Source: an uncultured virus (IMG/VR IMGVR_UViG_3300028384_001589) | Taxonomy: Duplodnaviria > Heunggongvirae > Uroviricota > Caudoviricetes | Strand: one strand, 5' to 3' | DNA: 64,000 bases | Virus record (IMG/VR): IMGVR_UViG_3300028384_001589 | Shown: positions 19,231-28,473 of the stretch, piece by piece | Layout of the letters: each line of letters starts with the position of its first letter | Numbering within the stretch: the first letter of the stretch is position 1 | Position numbers and translations under genes: made by a program | The notes under the pieces: generated by a model | Seen by the model: only the letters and a program-made list of their open reading frames with translations | The model's database searches: none | What the model was told of the DNA's origin: nothing

Positions 19231-19323
19231 TGTGTATAAGTCTGTAGATAACCTGTGGACAACCTGTGGACAACCTGTGGATAACTCGGGAGAGAGGGTG
19301 GGTTGTGGATAACCTGTGGATAA
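19231..19323 (-). promoter_or_regulatory. array of seven co-oriented DnaA boxes
   Basis: Minus-strand TTATACACA (19231), TTATCTACA (19243), TTGTCCACA (19254, 19265), TTATCCACA (19276, 19304, 19315); mostly 11-bp spacing. Confidence 0.88.
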
Positions 19324-19389
19324 CTTCTGAGGTGGTTGCCTCGTGAGAGTTCTTTTGGCGTAAGTCTTTGAAATCATTGAGGTTTTTGG

Positions 19390-19515
19390 TGCCACAGGTG
19401 TTCTTTCTGTATCGGGCCCTGAACCTTCAGGCACCTGGGGTGTATTGAACTCCGGTATCTGGCCCTCTTGCTTAACGTTCCCGGCGGTTTGGACTTGCCC
19501 TGTGTCCCTTATTGT
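19390..19515 (-). ncRNA. candidate small RNA 1 (or origin-priming transcript)
   Basis: Consensus promoter (-35 at 19545-50, -10 at 19522-27) with no credible ORF downstream; several hairpins. Confidence 0.5.
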
Positions 19516-19655
19516 TCTTACAGTATATGATCATTCATTCAAAAGGTCAACCAAAAAAGATGATTATTTTTGAATTTTTTTTGGCATTTAGGGGTTGACT
19601 TTTGGTTGGGGTGGTGCTATAGTATAAACATAATATGAAAACGAGGGCACAGAAC

Positions 19656-20171
19656 ATGATGGAATTGATGGCACACATTAAGGCGGAGAATGCAAAGACC
19701 CAGGCTTGGGTTGCAGAGGACCCCAAGAATCGTTGGGCGGGTCTTTACCCAGAGGATGAGGCTCATTGGGTAGAGCGTGGGATCACCACGGTTGAGGACC
19801 TCGAGCGTGACGAGTTGGCCACTTATATATACGAGGGCCACAAGGACGCTTTTGGTGTCAAGGGTCGCCACTACGACTTTGAGGCTATGAGCCTTGAGGA
19901 TCTGCGTTCAGAGGCGGACTATATTAGCCGTTCGGTCAAGGAGCAGATGGAGTTGGAGGCCAACATGGAGGCCGAGGCTGTGGCTCGTTATGAGGCTTCC
20001 ATTAGGGAGTATATGCAGATGGGTGCTGAGGATCGTGACACAGCGATTCGTTGGTTGCTTCAAGCGGAGGGTCTTGAGAACGAGTATGACCCATCCTATG
20101 TATGCTATTCTCTGGGGCTACCCTACGAGATGGCCAAGGAATTTGAGGCGCACATGAAGAGCGCCGCGTAA
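19656..20171 (+). CDS. early hypothetical protein
   Basis: Start moved to the ATG after GAGGGCA (19643). Confidence 0.8.
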   Translation: MMELMAHIKAENAKTQAWVAEDPKNRWAGLYPEDEAHWVERGITTVEDLERDELATYIYEGHKDAFGVKGRHYDFEAMSLEDLRSEADYISRSVKEQMELEANMEAEAVARYEASIREYMQMGAEDRDTAIRWLLQAEGLENEYDPSYVCYSLGLPYEMAKEFEAHMKSAA

Positions 20172-20217
20172 CGGGTAGAGGAGTAGAAACCCTGTTAGAC
20201 CTGACACCTATCACATA

Positions 20218-20354
20218 AGATCAGGCGGGAAAGGGGAGGCGCCCTCGAGAAAGGCCTCCCACCATTCGTGGTGATACCTCACAGAAAATCAGGTCGTGTT
20301 GGGTGTTTGTCTCCGACCCAGGATTTCAGCCGCCCTAACCTTTTTTCTTATTAT
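20218..20354 (-). ncRNA. candidate small RNA 2 (multibranch)
   Basis: Promoter -35 at 20384-89, -10 at 20361-66; closing stem 20218-28/20330-41; G-U pairs favour the minus strand; no ORF. Confidence 0.6.
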
Positions 20355-20479
20355 GCTTATAGTATATGATCTTCTATCCAAAATGTCAACCAAAATCTTC
20401 ATCTTTTTTTGGTAAAAAAATGGTTGACCTTTGATGGTTTTGGTGCTATAGTATAAGAATAATAAGGAGGGCAACACAT

Positions 20480-20933
20480 ATGTCAAAAACAAAAAACTAC
20501 TTAATGGACCAGGAAGAAGAGTTCTACACTATAGCAGAACAGCAGATCAAAGGCTGTGAACACATAGACGAGTTCAAGACAGCAATGGAGCCATTCTCCA
20601 GCATGGTGAGTTGGAACTTTGATCCGCAGAGTGCGGCTTGGGAATTTGACGATTTGATCTCAGAGTTATGGTCAGAATACTGGAGCAAATACGCGGCCTA
20701 AATTAGGGGTTGACAAACCAATATTTTGGTTGTATAGTATAAACATAAACTAAAACAAAGAGGGCAAAATGTTAGAACTAATTGGATTTATCGCAATCGC
20801 TTACATCATCTACAAGTTGGCACCTGTGGTGCTGGAAGTAGGTTTCAAGTTTGCTATCATCTGCATAGGCTTGGTAGCGTTCTTATTCATGGTGAGCATC
20901 TTTATGAGCACCTGGACTGTGTGGGTATCTTAA
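20480..20933 (+). CDS. two small early ORFs (20480-20701; 20769-20933, membrane)
   Basis: Each has its own promoter and GAGGGCA RBS. Confidence 0.7.
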
Positions 20934-21589
20934 TGAGAAAGATACTTGCTATAGCGGCCATGGCCACAATGATAGGCCAATCCGCGACTGCAGGGGCCAA
21001 AGAGATGGGACCCCTGAAGGTCACAATGACAGGCCAGGCTGAGGCGATATTCCTAAGCACCATAGAGGATGCTGGGATCAACAAACAGAATCAGGTCGAT
21101 GAGATCATGTGTCTTGCACAGAACATCTACTTCGAAGCGAGAGCAGAAAGTATATCAGGCAAGGCAGGGGTGGCCAACGTCACCAAGAACAGGGTTGAGG
21201 ATAGTAGATGGCCCGACACATACTGCAAAGTCGTAGGAGACGGTCCAGTGCGTGAATCATGGAAAACTAAACAACACGCCGACCTTCCAGACAGTGAGAG
21301 GGTCTACTATCCCAGAAAGCACAGATGCCAGTTCAGTTGGTATTGTGATGGCGTCAAGGACATCATCTGGGCCAACAAGATCAAGACGGGTCAGACCATA
21401 GAGGCCAATGCAAGGGCCTGGCAGGACTCTGTGAATGTAGCACTATGGACCACGGGTTGGAGTGATATCGTAATCAAGGACAACACACGAGGAGCCGTGT
21501 TCTACTATGCTCACCACCTTGTTTACCCTACATGGGCCGATGAGAAGACCTATATTGGGGTTCTGGGCAACCATACTTTTATGAAATAA
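20933..21589 (+). CDS. cell wall hydrolase, SleB/Hydrolase_2 family
   Basis: CLAQNIYFEARAE, VANVTKNRV...WPDT.C.VV, CQFSWYCDG, GNHTF; signal peptide. Confidence 0.9.
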   Translation: MRKILAIAAMATMIGQSATAGAKEMGPLKVTMTGQAEAIFLSTIEDAGINKQNQVDEIMCLAQNIYFEARAESISGKAGVANVTKNRVEDSRWPDTYCKVVGDGPVRESWKTKQHADLPDSERVYYPRKHRCQFSWYCDGVKDIIWANKIKTGQTIEANARAWQDSVNVALWTTGWSDIVIKDNTRGAVFYYAHHLVYPTWADEKTYIGVLGNHTFMK

Positions 21590-21653
21590 AATGGTTGACA
21601 AATTGGATAGTAGGTGCTATTATATAAACATAAACTAAAAAAGCGAGGGCAAT

Positions 21654-22708
21654 ATGCGTAGACAGATTAAATTAGGAACCAAGGTCAACAGCAGATTTGG
21701 TGAGGCCAAGGTACAATCGATCGCTCTGTGTGAACAAGAGGGCGACAAGGAAGGTATCCCAATCAAGGCTGTTTGGCTGGATTTGAAAGACCGTTGTGTG
21801 TTCGATCTGGACAATGGGCATTGGTGTTATGGGTATCAGGTAACTGTAGAATGATATCATTCTTCACAGCCGTAGGCTTATTTTGGACCTGCTGGTTTTG
21901 GATGGAGATCCCCATGCTGGTCAACACCCACCCAGATGCAGAGAACCTGTGGGTGTATATCTGGACTTTTACTGCTGTGACCCACACCTGTTGGCTTGGT
22001 TGGTGGTGGGGAAGAGCCCCATAATATGGGCGAAAATAAATGGTTGACTTTTGAATATTTTGGTGCTATTATATACACATAATGAAACAAAAGAAAGAGG
22101 GCAATATGTTTAGAAAAATTTCAACAGGGTTTGGTGCACTGTGTTTGATGATGGGTATCATCGTTATGGCTGGTTCAGCAGGCGACTGTGATGGCAAATG
22201 TATGGAGGTGGCTAATACACTTCCTGAAATGTTGATGCTGGCTGGCGTGGGTGTGATCCTATGTATCAGCGGAGCGTTCTTTATCGTGGTAGGTCGTAGT
22301 GAATAAGATCCTCCCTATCATAATCGCTGGCATGATGCTGACAGGCTGTGGCACTATGACAGCAAAGGATTCTATCAAAATGATTAACCTGGCCAAGAAT
22401 GCAAGTATGATCACCCAGGCGGGAGTCTCAGAAGAGATCACCAACTGTGTGAAAGATGTGTTCGACCCAGGCAACAGAGGGAGTGGTTGCTAATGAAATA
22501 TCTACTTCTATCTGCACTGTTCTCCCTGAATGTGGAGTATGCTGACCTAAGCACCTGCGAACAAGCACTTGAACAGGTCAAGCAACACGACAAGCAGGCC
22601 ATCTGTATCCCGGCAGGCAAAGACAAGGGTGATCAGATGTTTGACAAGTTTTTGGGCATGGTCCAACAATTACAGAAATTGGACAACCAAAAGACACAAA
22701 CTGATTGA
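21654..22708 (+). CDS. five small early ORFs (21654-21854, 21851-22024, 22106-22306, 22299-22493, 22493-22708), several membrane or lipoprotein-like
   Basis: Promoters 21595 and 22044 with GAGGGCA RBS; coupled starts. Confidence 0.6.
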
Positions 22709-22773
22709 CATCTTGGCAGTTTGATGTTATTATATAAACACAATGATGAATAGGCTAAAGGAGGCTTAATATT

Positions 22774-23100
22774 ATGGCTACAAATAAAACTTATACCGTT
22801 GCTGGCACAAGTTCATTCAATGGCAAAACCAAAGTAAGGTTTGCTCAGGACTATGTGTCAAGGTTCAAAATCTTGAACAAGAATGGTCACTCAGACATTG
22901 AGTTGATCGAACTTGATGGTGCAATGAGCAAAGCAGATATCTGTAAGTTCCTAATGGGACATGAGAAGTTCCAATCGGAAGCACAACAGTCTGCGATTTC
23001 AGAGTTCGTTGTAAGAAACGTCAAGAAGGCGGACACTACTCCTGCTCAACCAACTGCTGAAGTAGAGCAGACAGTTGAAGCAGAATTAGAAACTGCGTAA
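22774..23100 (+). CDS. hypothetical phage protein
   Basis: Own promoter; AGGAGG RBS. Confidence 0.8.
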   Translation: MATNKTYTVAGTSSFNGKTKVRFAQDYVSRFKILNKNGHSDIELIELDGAMSKADICKFLMGHEKFQSEAQQSAISEFVVRNVKKADTTPAQPTAEVEQTVEAELETA

Positions 23101-23183
23101 TCAAATTACACCAAGGGCGGTTGACAAAGCCGCCCGGGTGTGTTAATATAAGACATCATTAGAAACAGTCACAGGAGTCACCA

Positions 23184-23264
23184 GTGACAATCATCAGAAG
23201 CAAGAAGAAGACGTTCCAATTGAGAAACGCCGCGGCATTTAGACGCAAGGGAGATCCGAACTAA
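23184..23264 (+). CDS. 26-aa basic peptide in the tRNA transcript leader
   Basis: AGGAG then GTG start; MTIIRSKKKTFQLRNAAAFRRKGDPN. Confidence 0.45.
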   Translation: MTIIRSKKKTFQLRNAAAFRRKGDPN

Positions 23265-23270
23265 GAATTC

Positions 23271-23357
23271 GCTCCGGTGGCGGAATAGGTAGACGCAACG
23301 GACTTAAAATCCGTTATCGGTTACGGTGTGTGGGTTCGAGTCCCTCCCGGAGCACCA
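23271..23357 (+). tRNA. tRNA-Leu (UAA)
   Basis: GCTCCGG/CCGGAGC acceptor, ACGGA-CTTAAAA-TCCGT, long variable arm, CCA. Confidence 0.95.
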
Positions 23358-23361
23358 TCAT

Positions 23362-23438
<77 letters not shown>

Positions 23439-23583
23439 AACACCTCGGGAGAGTGGCGCAGAGACCACTCGTGCATAGTGATAGACGGCGGGGATCCTAT
23501 GCAATTTTTTTTAAAATAATGGTTGACTTTTGGTTTCAAAGACTGTATAGTGTAACTATAAACTAAAAAATAGAGAGGGCAAA

Positions 23584-24109
23584 ATGGCAACAGATCTTAA
23601 ATCACACGCACAGGACGTATCGTTAACAAGGTTTTGGGGCGGAGAGAAACGCGGAGTATGCGTTCAAGTTACAGCAAAGAGAGCGGATTCACAACCTACG
23701 GGTTTATTACCCGACACTGGTTTTGAAACGGTCCAATTGACACGAGCACAGGCGGCGGCATTGGCGGCTGACTTGTTGGACTTTGCACAGAGCAGAGAAC
23801 AGGAAGAATACGGAAATTAGGGGTTGACATTTGAAGATGTTGACTGTATACTGTAAGAACAATTAAACAAACGAGGGCAATATGAAACTTAAAATCATCG
23901 GATCAAACCAAACTGAAATCACAACTGCACGTGGCAACAAGGTTCTCTACTCATATGAGACTCCAGTAGCGGCCAAGACAGAGCAGGGCATTTTCAGAAC
24001 TTCAACCAAATACAGTGTAACCACTACCAAGCACATCAACTCATACCTGGGCGGTCCAAACGAAGGCATTGTCGCGGACCAAAAGTTTTTTGACAATTTG
24101 GTAGTTTAG
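23584..24109 (+). CDS. two small early ORFs (23584-23820, 23882-24109)
   Basis: Each has its own promoter and GAGGGCA RBS. Confidence 0.75.
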
Positions 24110-24167
24110 GGGTTGACTTATGCATTCAATGAGTTTATTATTAATATAACAATTAGGAGGGCAACTT

Positions 24168-25175
24168 ATGCAAAAGATTAAAATCGTAGAGGGTACATAC
24201 AAAATCAGAGGCAAAGACGTGGATCTTGGCGGTATGGTATTTCCCCTTGTAGAAGAATTTAAAGTAGGCGCCAACGGTGGCTACGTAACAGTCGATGGAA
24301 CTGCTGTAGCAGGCTTCCCGGATCGTAACATCAAGATCAAGGTTGATAGCGCCGACTGCTACACTGCTGTTAACGCAAACACCAAGATCACACAGCGTGA
24401 AGAATCAGACGAAGAGACCATTGAGCGTCTTAGAGAGCGATTCAGTATACTTGAAGACATGACCCGTGCTTGTAAGAAGGGTGATGTACGAGCAATGATC
24501 GTAAGTGGCCCTCCAGGCGTAGGTAAATCGTTTGGTGTAGAGAAAGTGCTGGGTAAGCACGACTTGGTGGCCACACTGGGTGAACGACCTGCTAAGTATC
24601 AGGTTGTCAAGGGCGCGATGAGTGCAATTGGTCTCTACTGTAAACTGTACAACTACGCAGACAAAGACAATGTACTTGTGTTTGATGACTGTGACTCAGT
24701 ACTAATGGATGACCTGAGTTTGAACATCCTCAAAGCGGCTCTTGATTCAAAGAAGACAAGAACCATTCACTGGAACACAGACTCATTCAAGTTGCGTAAC
24801 GAGGGTGTGCCGGATTCATTCGAGTTCAAAGGTTCGGCGATCTTTATCACCAACATCAAATTCGACAACGTTAAAAGCAAGAAGTTGCGAGATCACCTCG
24901 AAGCACTTGAATCACGTTGTCACTATATTGACCTCACAATTGATACGGAGAGGGAGAAGATGCTACGTATCAAGCAGATCGTGCAAGACGGTATGCTTAG
25001 TGAGTATGACTTTACCGAAGAACAGCATGAGGCGGTTGTGGACTTCATTGATATTAATAAGTCCAAACTACGTGAACTGAGTTTACGTACTGTTCTAAAG
25101 GTAGCCGACTTGGCCAAAGCGTTCCCTGCTAATTGGGAAGCAATGGCTGAGAGTACAGTGTTACAAAGAGCATAG
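24168..25175 (+). CDS. AAA+ family ATPase
   Basis: Walker A GPPGVGKS, Walker B VLVFDDCD, sensor IFITN, arginine-finger-like ALESR. Confidence 0.9.
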   Translation: MQKIKIVEGTYKIRGKDVDLGGMVFPLVEEFKVGANGGYVTVDGTAVAGFPDRNIKIKVDSADCYTAVNANTKITQREESDEETIERLRERFSILEDMTRACKKGDVRAMIVSGPPGVGKSFGVEKVLGKHDLVATLGERPAKYQVVKGAMSAIGLYCKLYNYADKDNVLVFDDCDSVLMDDLSLNILKAALDSKKTRTIHWNTDSFKLRNEGVPDSFEFKGSAIFITNIKFDNVKSKKLRDHLEALESRCHYIDLTIDTEREKMLRIKQIVQDGMLSEYDFTEEQHEAVVDFIDINKSKLRELSLRTVLKVADLAKAFPANWEAMAESTVLQRA

Positions 25176-25233
25176 CCCTCACGCTCCAACACTGTATTCG
25201 AACCCCTGGGATGTGCCCTCGTCCTGGGGGTTC
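25151..25233 (+). ncRNA. twin hairpin with GCCCUC in both loops (candidate antisense RNA)
   Basis: Stems 25151-62/25188-99 (with inner GAGC/GCTC) and 25200-12/25221-33; loops ATAGCCCTCAC and GTGCCCTC. Confidence 0.6.
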
Positions 25234-25333
25234 CCCTTGACAGAACGCCCACAAAATAAGTGGAAATTAGGGGTTGACATTTTGGTATTCAGAGCCTATA
25301 ATGTATATACACACTAAGGAAAAGAGGGCAAAT

Positions 25334-25669
25334 ATGCAAGACACATACGTAGTAAACAAGTTCAAGGCAGGCGAAGTACACTTTCAACGTGGCGCCGCAG
25401 GTTGGTTGTTTGACTCAGGTGAGTTCCGTCCACTAATGGATGACGCCATGGAGCAACTGCTCGAAGCAGGCTGTGTTGACCAAGAGTGCGTTGAAGAAAC
25501 AGCACGTCAGAGAGATGTGTACGTGGAACAGTCACTGAAAGAGTACGTTGAAGCACAGCGTAACAGAACCCCAGAGCAGATCGCAGAAGAGCGTTTTGAA
25601 GCAAGGGCGGCTATGGGACCAGGCGTTGAAATGGTCAACATCATAACAGGAGAACGATACACAACCTAA
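25334..25669 (+). CDS. early hypothetical protein
   Basis: Start moved to the ATG after GAGGGCA (25324). Confidence 0.75.
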   Translation: MQDTYVVNKFKAGEVHFQRGAAGWLFDSGEFRPLMDDAMEQLLEAGCVDQECVEETARQRDVYVEQSLKEYVEAQRNRTPEQIAEERFEARAAMGPGVEMVNIITGERYTT

Positions 25670-25752
25670 GGGTTGTGTATTTTTTGGTTGACCTTTGCGT
25701 CAACTGACAGTATAGTAATACTATAAACAATTAACAAAGAGGGCAAAACACT

Positions 25753-26100
25753 ATGAACATTCAAGCAATACACACTGAAGCAACCGCAAAAGCACAGGAC
25801 GCTGTGGCAGACTTCTTAACAAGATGGAATGAGCAGACTGGCGGCAACGAGTATGGAGAGCCAATGTACTGTGGCTTTGCGTGGGTTGATGTCAGTGTTG
25901 AAAGAACCAACTCACGGGAAGCCAAACTACTGGAGAGCATAGGCTTCAAGAAGAGTTACAGACCCAAGACCATGACACTGTGGGATCCTGCTAACCACAG
26001 AGGACAGAGCATGGACTGTAAAGAGCATGGTGCTCAGGCATATGCAGAAGTGCTAAGGGCACATGGGTTCAAAGCATACATGGGTAGCAGAGCAGACTAA
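25753..26100 (+). CDS. early hypothetical protein
   Basis: Own promoter and GAGGGCA RBS. Confidence 0.8.
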   Translation: MNIQAIHTEATAKAQDAVADFLTRWNEQTGGNEYGEPMYCGFAWVDVSVERTNSREAKLLESIGFKKSYRPKTMTLWDPANHRGQSMDCKEHGAQAYAEVLRAHGFKAYMGSRAD

Positions 26101-26125
26101 CTCCTACAAATAATAAACAGGAAAG

Positions 26126-26154
26126 GGCCGGTGGAGACATCGGCCTTTTTTTTT
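26126..26154 (+). terminator. intrinsic terminator ending the early region
   Basis: GGCCGGTG-GAGA-CATCGGCC followed by T9. Confidence 0.9.
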
Positions 26155-26277
26155 GGCGGGGGGTCGAGGCAATATAAAAAAATAAAAATATTTTTCGGGG
26201 CGAGGGGCATAGTAAACAAATTTGACAACTGTCAAAATTTTTGGGCAGGGGCCGCCAAATCACCACCTCAAAGACCT

Positions 26278-26434
26278 AAGTACTTCTTTTTATTTTTTCG
26301 CGGTCTTCACTATATGGGCACAGGACCCTTTTCACAGTATTCACAGTTAGCACAGCAAAAGAGCCTGGTAGAATGGTCAAGTACTTCTCAAAATTTTTAC
26401 GCACACACTCATTTTGGGTTGCAGGACCCTTTTC
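26278..26434 (+). repeat. degenerate direct repeat, 101-bp period
   Basis: AAGTACTTCT-N33-CAGGACCCTTTTC at 26278-26333 and 26379-26434. Confidence 0.75.
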
Positions 26435-27107
26435 GAGTGTAAATACTATATGCACTGTGTAGTACACTCAAAACGTGGTAGACCTCAGCAGTACTGTGTA
26501 TACGATGCACAGGGTCGCATAGTAATCATCACAACCTCTAAACGCATAGCACTTGGATATAAGCATGAAAGGACATAATCACTACTGCATATACACACGT
26601 GACTTTGATCGCTGTCTTGGCTTGTTCAAGGAGTTTGCTACGCATGACATCAACTACGAAGCACACATCAATAGAACACGAAGATCATGCCACAGGCTCA
26701 TAGCATTACACTCGTATACAAGAAAGCACAACGCAACTTTGTAGTAGAAGACATCCACACGCACTGTGCTTGTGTAGAACTACTGTGTAACTATCAGATA
26801 CACTGTAGCCAGTCAAGTTCGGATACACTCGTGTTTGAATCAGCACAGGACGCATTTAGAGCATACTTTTATTTGAGTGGTCATGACCTCTACACACCCT
26901 GTCTGCGTGAAACTACAGACCCATAGAACACAGTAGTATACAGTTAGTACAGTTAGAAGCCAAGGGGCAAAAATCTCTTTACCGATCCGTGCTTACCGCA
27001 GTGCTTCGCACGTTCTAAAAAACCGCTTTACCGATTCTCGGCTACAATCTGGCGCTGAACCGCTTCGCGGCATAAGTACACTATAGCGGTCAACAACGGG
27101 AGGGCGT

Positions 27108-27350
27108 ATGTGGACAATGTTTATATCAATCTGTGTGTTTGGTCAGTGTTCGTGGCTTGAAGTAGAAGCACCCACATACTCAGACATAGCACAGTGCGAA
27201 CATCATGCACAGGTCACAAGGCTTAATTTATTGGGTCAACTTGCAGACGATCGTGTTACAGTATTCACTGAATGCATACCTCTACATCAGCGAGAACAGT
27301 TTCGTCAAGATCGTTTAAAATCACACCATTTAAGCCAACCTACACAATAG
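27108..27350 (+). CDS. small hypothetical protein
   Basis: GGAGGG RBS. Confidence 0.55.
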   Translation: MWTMFISICVFGQCSWLEVEAPTYSDIAQCEHHAQVTRLNLLGQLADDRVTVFTECIPLHQREQFRQDRLKSHHLSQPTQ

Positions 27351-27513
27351 GTGTTTTAAATACAGTTGTAGGCACTGCGTTGGCTGAATCAAGTAAGATA
27401 GGAACTATCAAAATCAAACAGTTCAACAGTCGGCTCAAACGGTAGGCACTACGTGAAGTTAACCGAGTATATTTCCATGAATCTGAATAAATAGATTCAA
27501 GGAGCAACAGAAC

Positions 27514-27663
27514 ATGGCCAGAATAAAACAGACCACTGTAAGCACACACGTACCAACACCTAAGAAAACTTCTCAATCATCTAAGAAGCGTAGTTGCAAA
27601 ATGAGTTCTATGAACAAGCACAAAAAACGCAACCACAAGTTCTATAGAGGACAGGGCAAGTAA
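27514..27663 (+). CDS. small basic protein ending YRGQGK (missing from ORF track)
   Basis: TAAATA and AAGGAG upstream; 49 aa, Lys/Arg-rich. Confidence 0.7.
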   Translation: MARIKQTTVSTHVPTPKKTSQSSKKRSCKMSSMNKHKKRNHKFYRGQGK

Positions 27664-27851
27664 TGGCTGGTATTAAGAAACGTGGACCTGCTTCACAGCA
27701 CACGCCTCGTACCTACAAAGGTCAAAGGGTAAGACCTACACGTTATATCAAGGGCGCCGGCAAGGGAATCATGTGTGGCATTATAGTCGAAACAGATGAA
27801 CTTGTTAGAGGCAATGACGGCGAACCGTTACCTTGGCGTAGCATACAGTGA
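27663..27851 (+). CDS. small basic hypothetical protein
   Basis: TAATG coupling. Confidence 0.65.
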   Translation: MAGIKKRGPASQHTPRTYKGQRVRPTRYIKGAGKGIMCGIIVETDELVRGNDGEPLPWRSIQ

Positions 27852-27960
27852 ACCCCTATGAGTTTTCTTCGGACCCGGAGAGAACACCAATACGACATAC
27901 TCATCAGAACAAATTAAAATATGTGATTACCATACTGCTGTTGTGGTTTGTGTTTAGCGT

Positions 27961-28251
27961 TTAGCCGCCTGCGAATACATTAGGTGAACCTGCGGCCACA
28001 GAAGTACAGCCTGATATAGCATCACCAACCCTACCTGTTCCTACATTGTTGGTAAACACAGAAGTTGATCCCACAGCAATTGGTGCTGAGTGAGGTGGAC
28101 ATGGTGCACCTGGCAGTAGGTGAACGGTATTGACATCTCCCTGTCTACTCACAGGAATTGAGTTGGCAAACACATTGGGTGATCCCACAGCACGGGTCAT
28201 GCCCGAACAGTGTGCTACGTCTGCGTCACCTATTCTGGTTACTGCTGGCAT
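27961..28251 (-). CDS. PAAR-repeat tail spike tip protein (gp5.4-like)
   Basis: MPAVTRIGD..AH, GSPNVFAN, GRVGDAI..C..VAAGSPNVFAG. Confidence 0.9.
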   Translation of the reverse strand: MPAVTRIGDADVAHCSGMTRAVGSPNVFANSIPVSRQGDVNTVHLLPGAPCPPHSAPIAVGSTSVFTNNVGTGRVGDAISGCTSVAAGSPNVFAGG

Positions 28252-28444
28252 ATTGTTTCTCCCTGCGTACAAGTTCTTGTAGTCTTGAATTCCATAGACT
28301 CATTTCATGATGTTGAGCATCGGTGTGTGGCGGTTCTGGAGTGTGTGGAGCAAATTCAATCACGTGATCGAACTCCTCGGGTATACTGTCATAGTCAGTA
28401 TAGGTTTCAAGTTCTCCGTTTACCATTATTACAAAACGATGCAT
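28226..28444 (-). CDS. hypothetical protein upstream of PAAR
   Basis: Start trimmed to MHRFV, 5 nt after TAAATA. Confidence 0.7.
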   Translation of the reverse strand: MHRFVIMVNGELETYTDYDSIPEEFDHVIEFAPHTPEPPHTDAQHHEMSLWNSRLQELVRREKQYASSNQNR

Positions 28445-28473
28445 ACAACTATTTATAACTGCTAAATACACAT

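Larger units (their letters stand above)
18247..19590. other. about 1.35 kb non-coding, origin-like region
   Basis: No convincing long ORF; GAA mini-hairpins, 2 x AGGCCCCGCTGTA, 9 x TCACTR, 7 DnaA boxes, incoming promoter. Confidence 0.65.

Noticed and set aside
19027..19434. 135-aa minus-strand ORF with LSTG repeats
   Set aside because: The repeats are simply the translation of the DnaA-box array; there is no RBS and the composition is low-complexity.
19485..19512. c-di-GMP-I riboswitch (CACAGGGCAA resemblance)
   Set aside because: It lacks the GCAAAC...GAAA...GACGCAAA core and the tetraloop-receptor arrangement.
20234..20260. Third anti-GAGGGC hairpin on the + strand (GCCCTC in loop)
   Set aside because: G-U pairs and the promoter favour the minus strand, where it reads GAGGGC in a stem; kept only as part of RNA 2.
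26450..26926. Three short CA-rich ORFs
   Set aside because: No recognisable motifs and weak RBSs; they may be real or decaying, so they are not listed as features.
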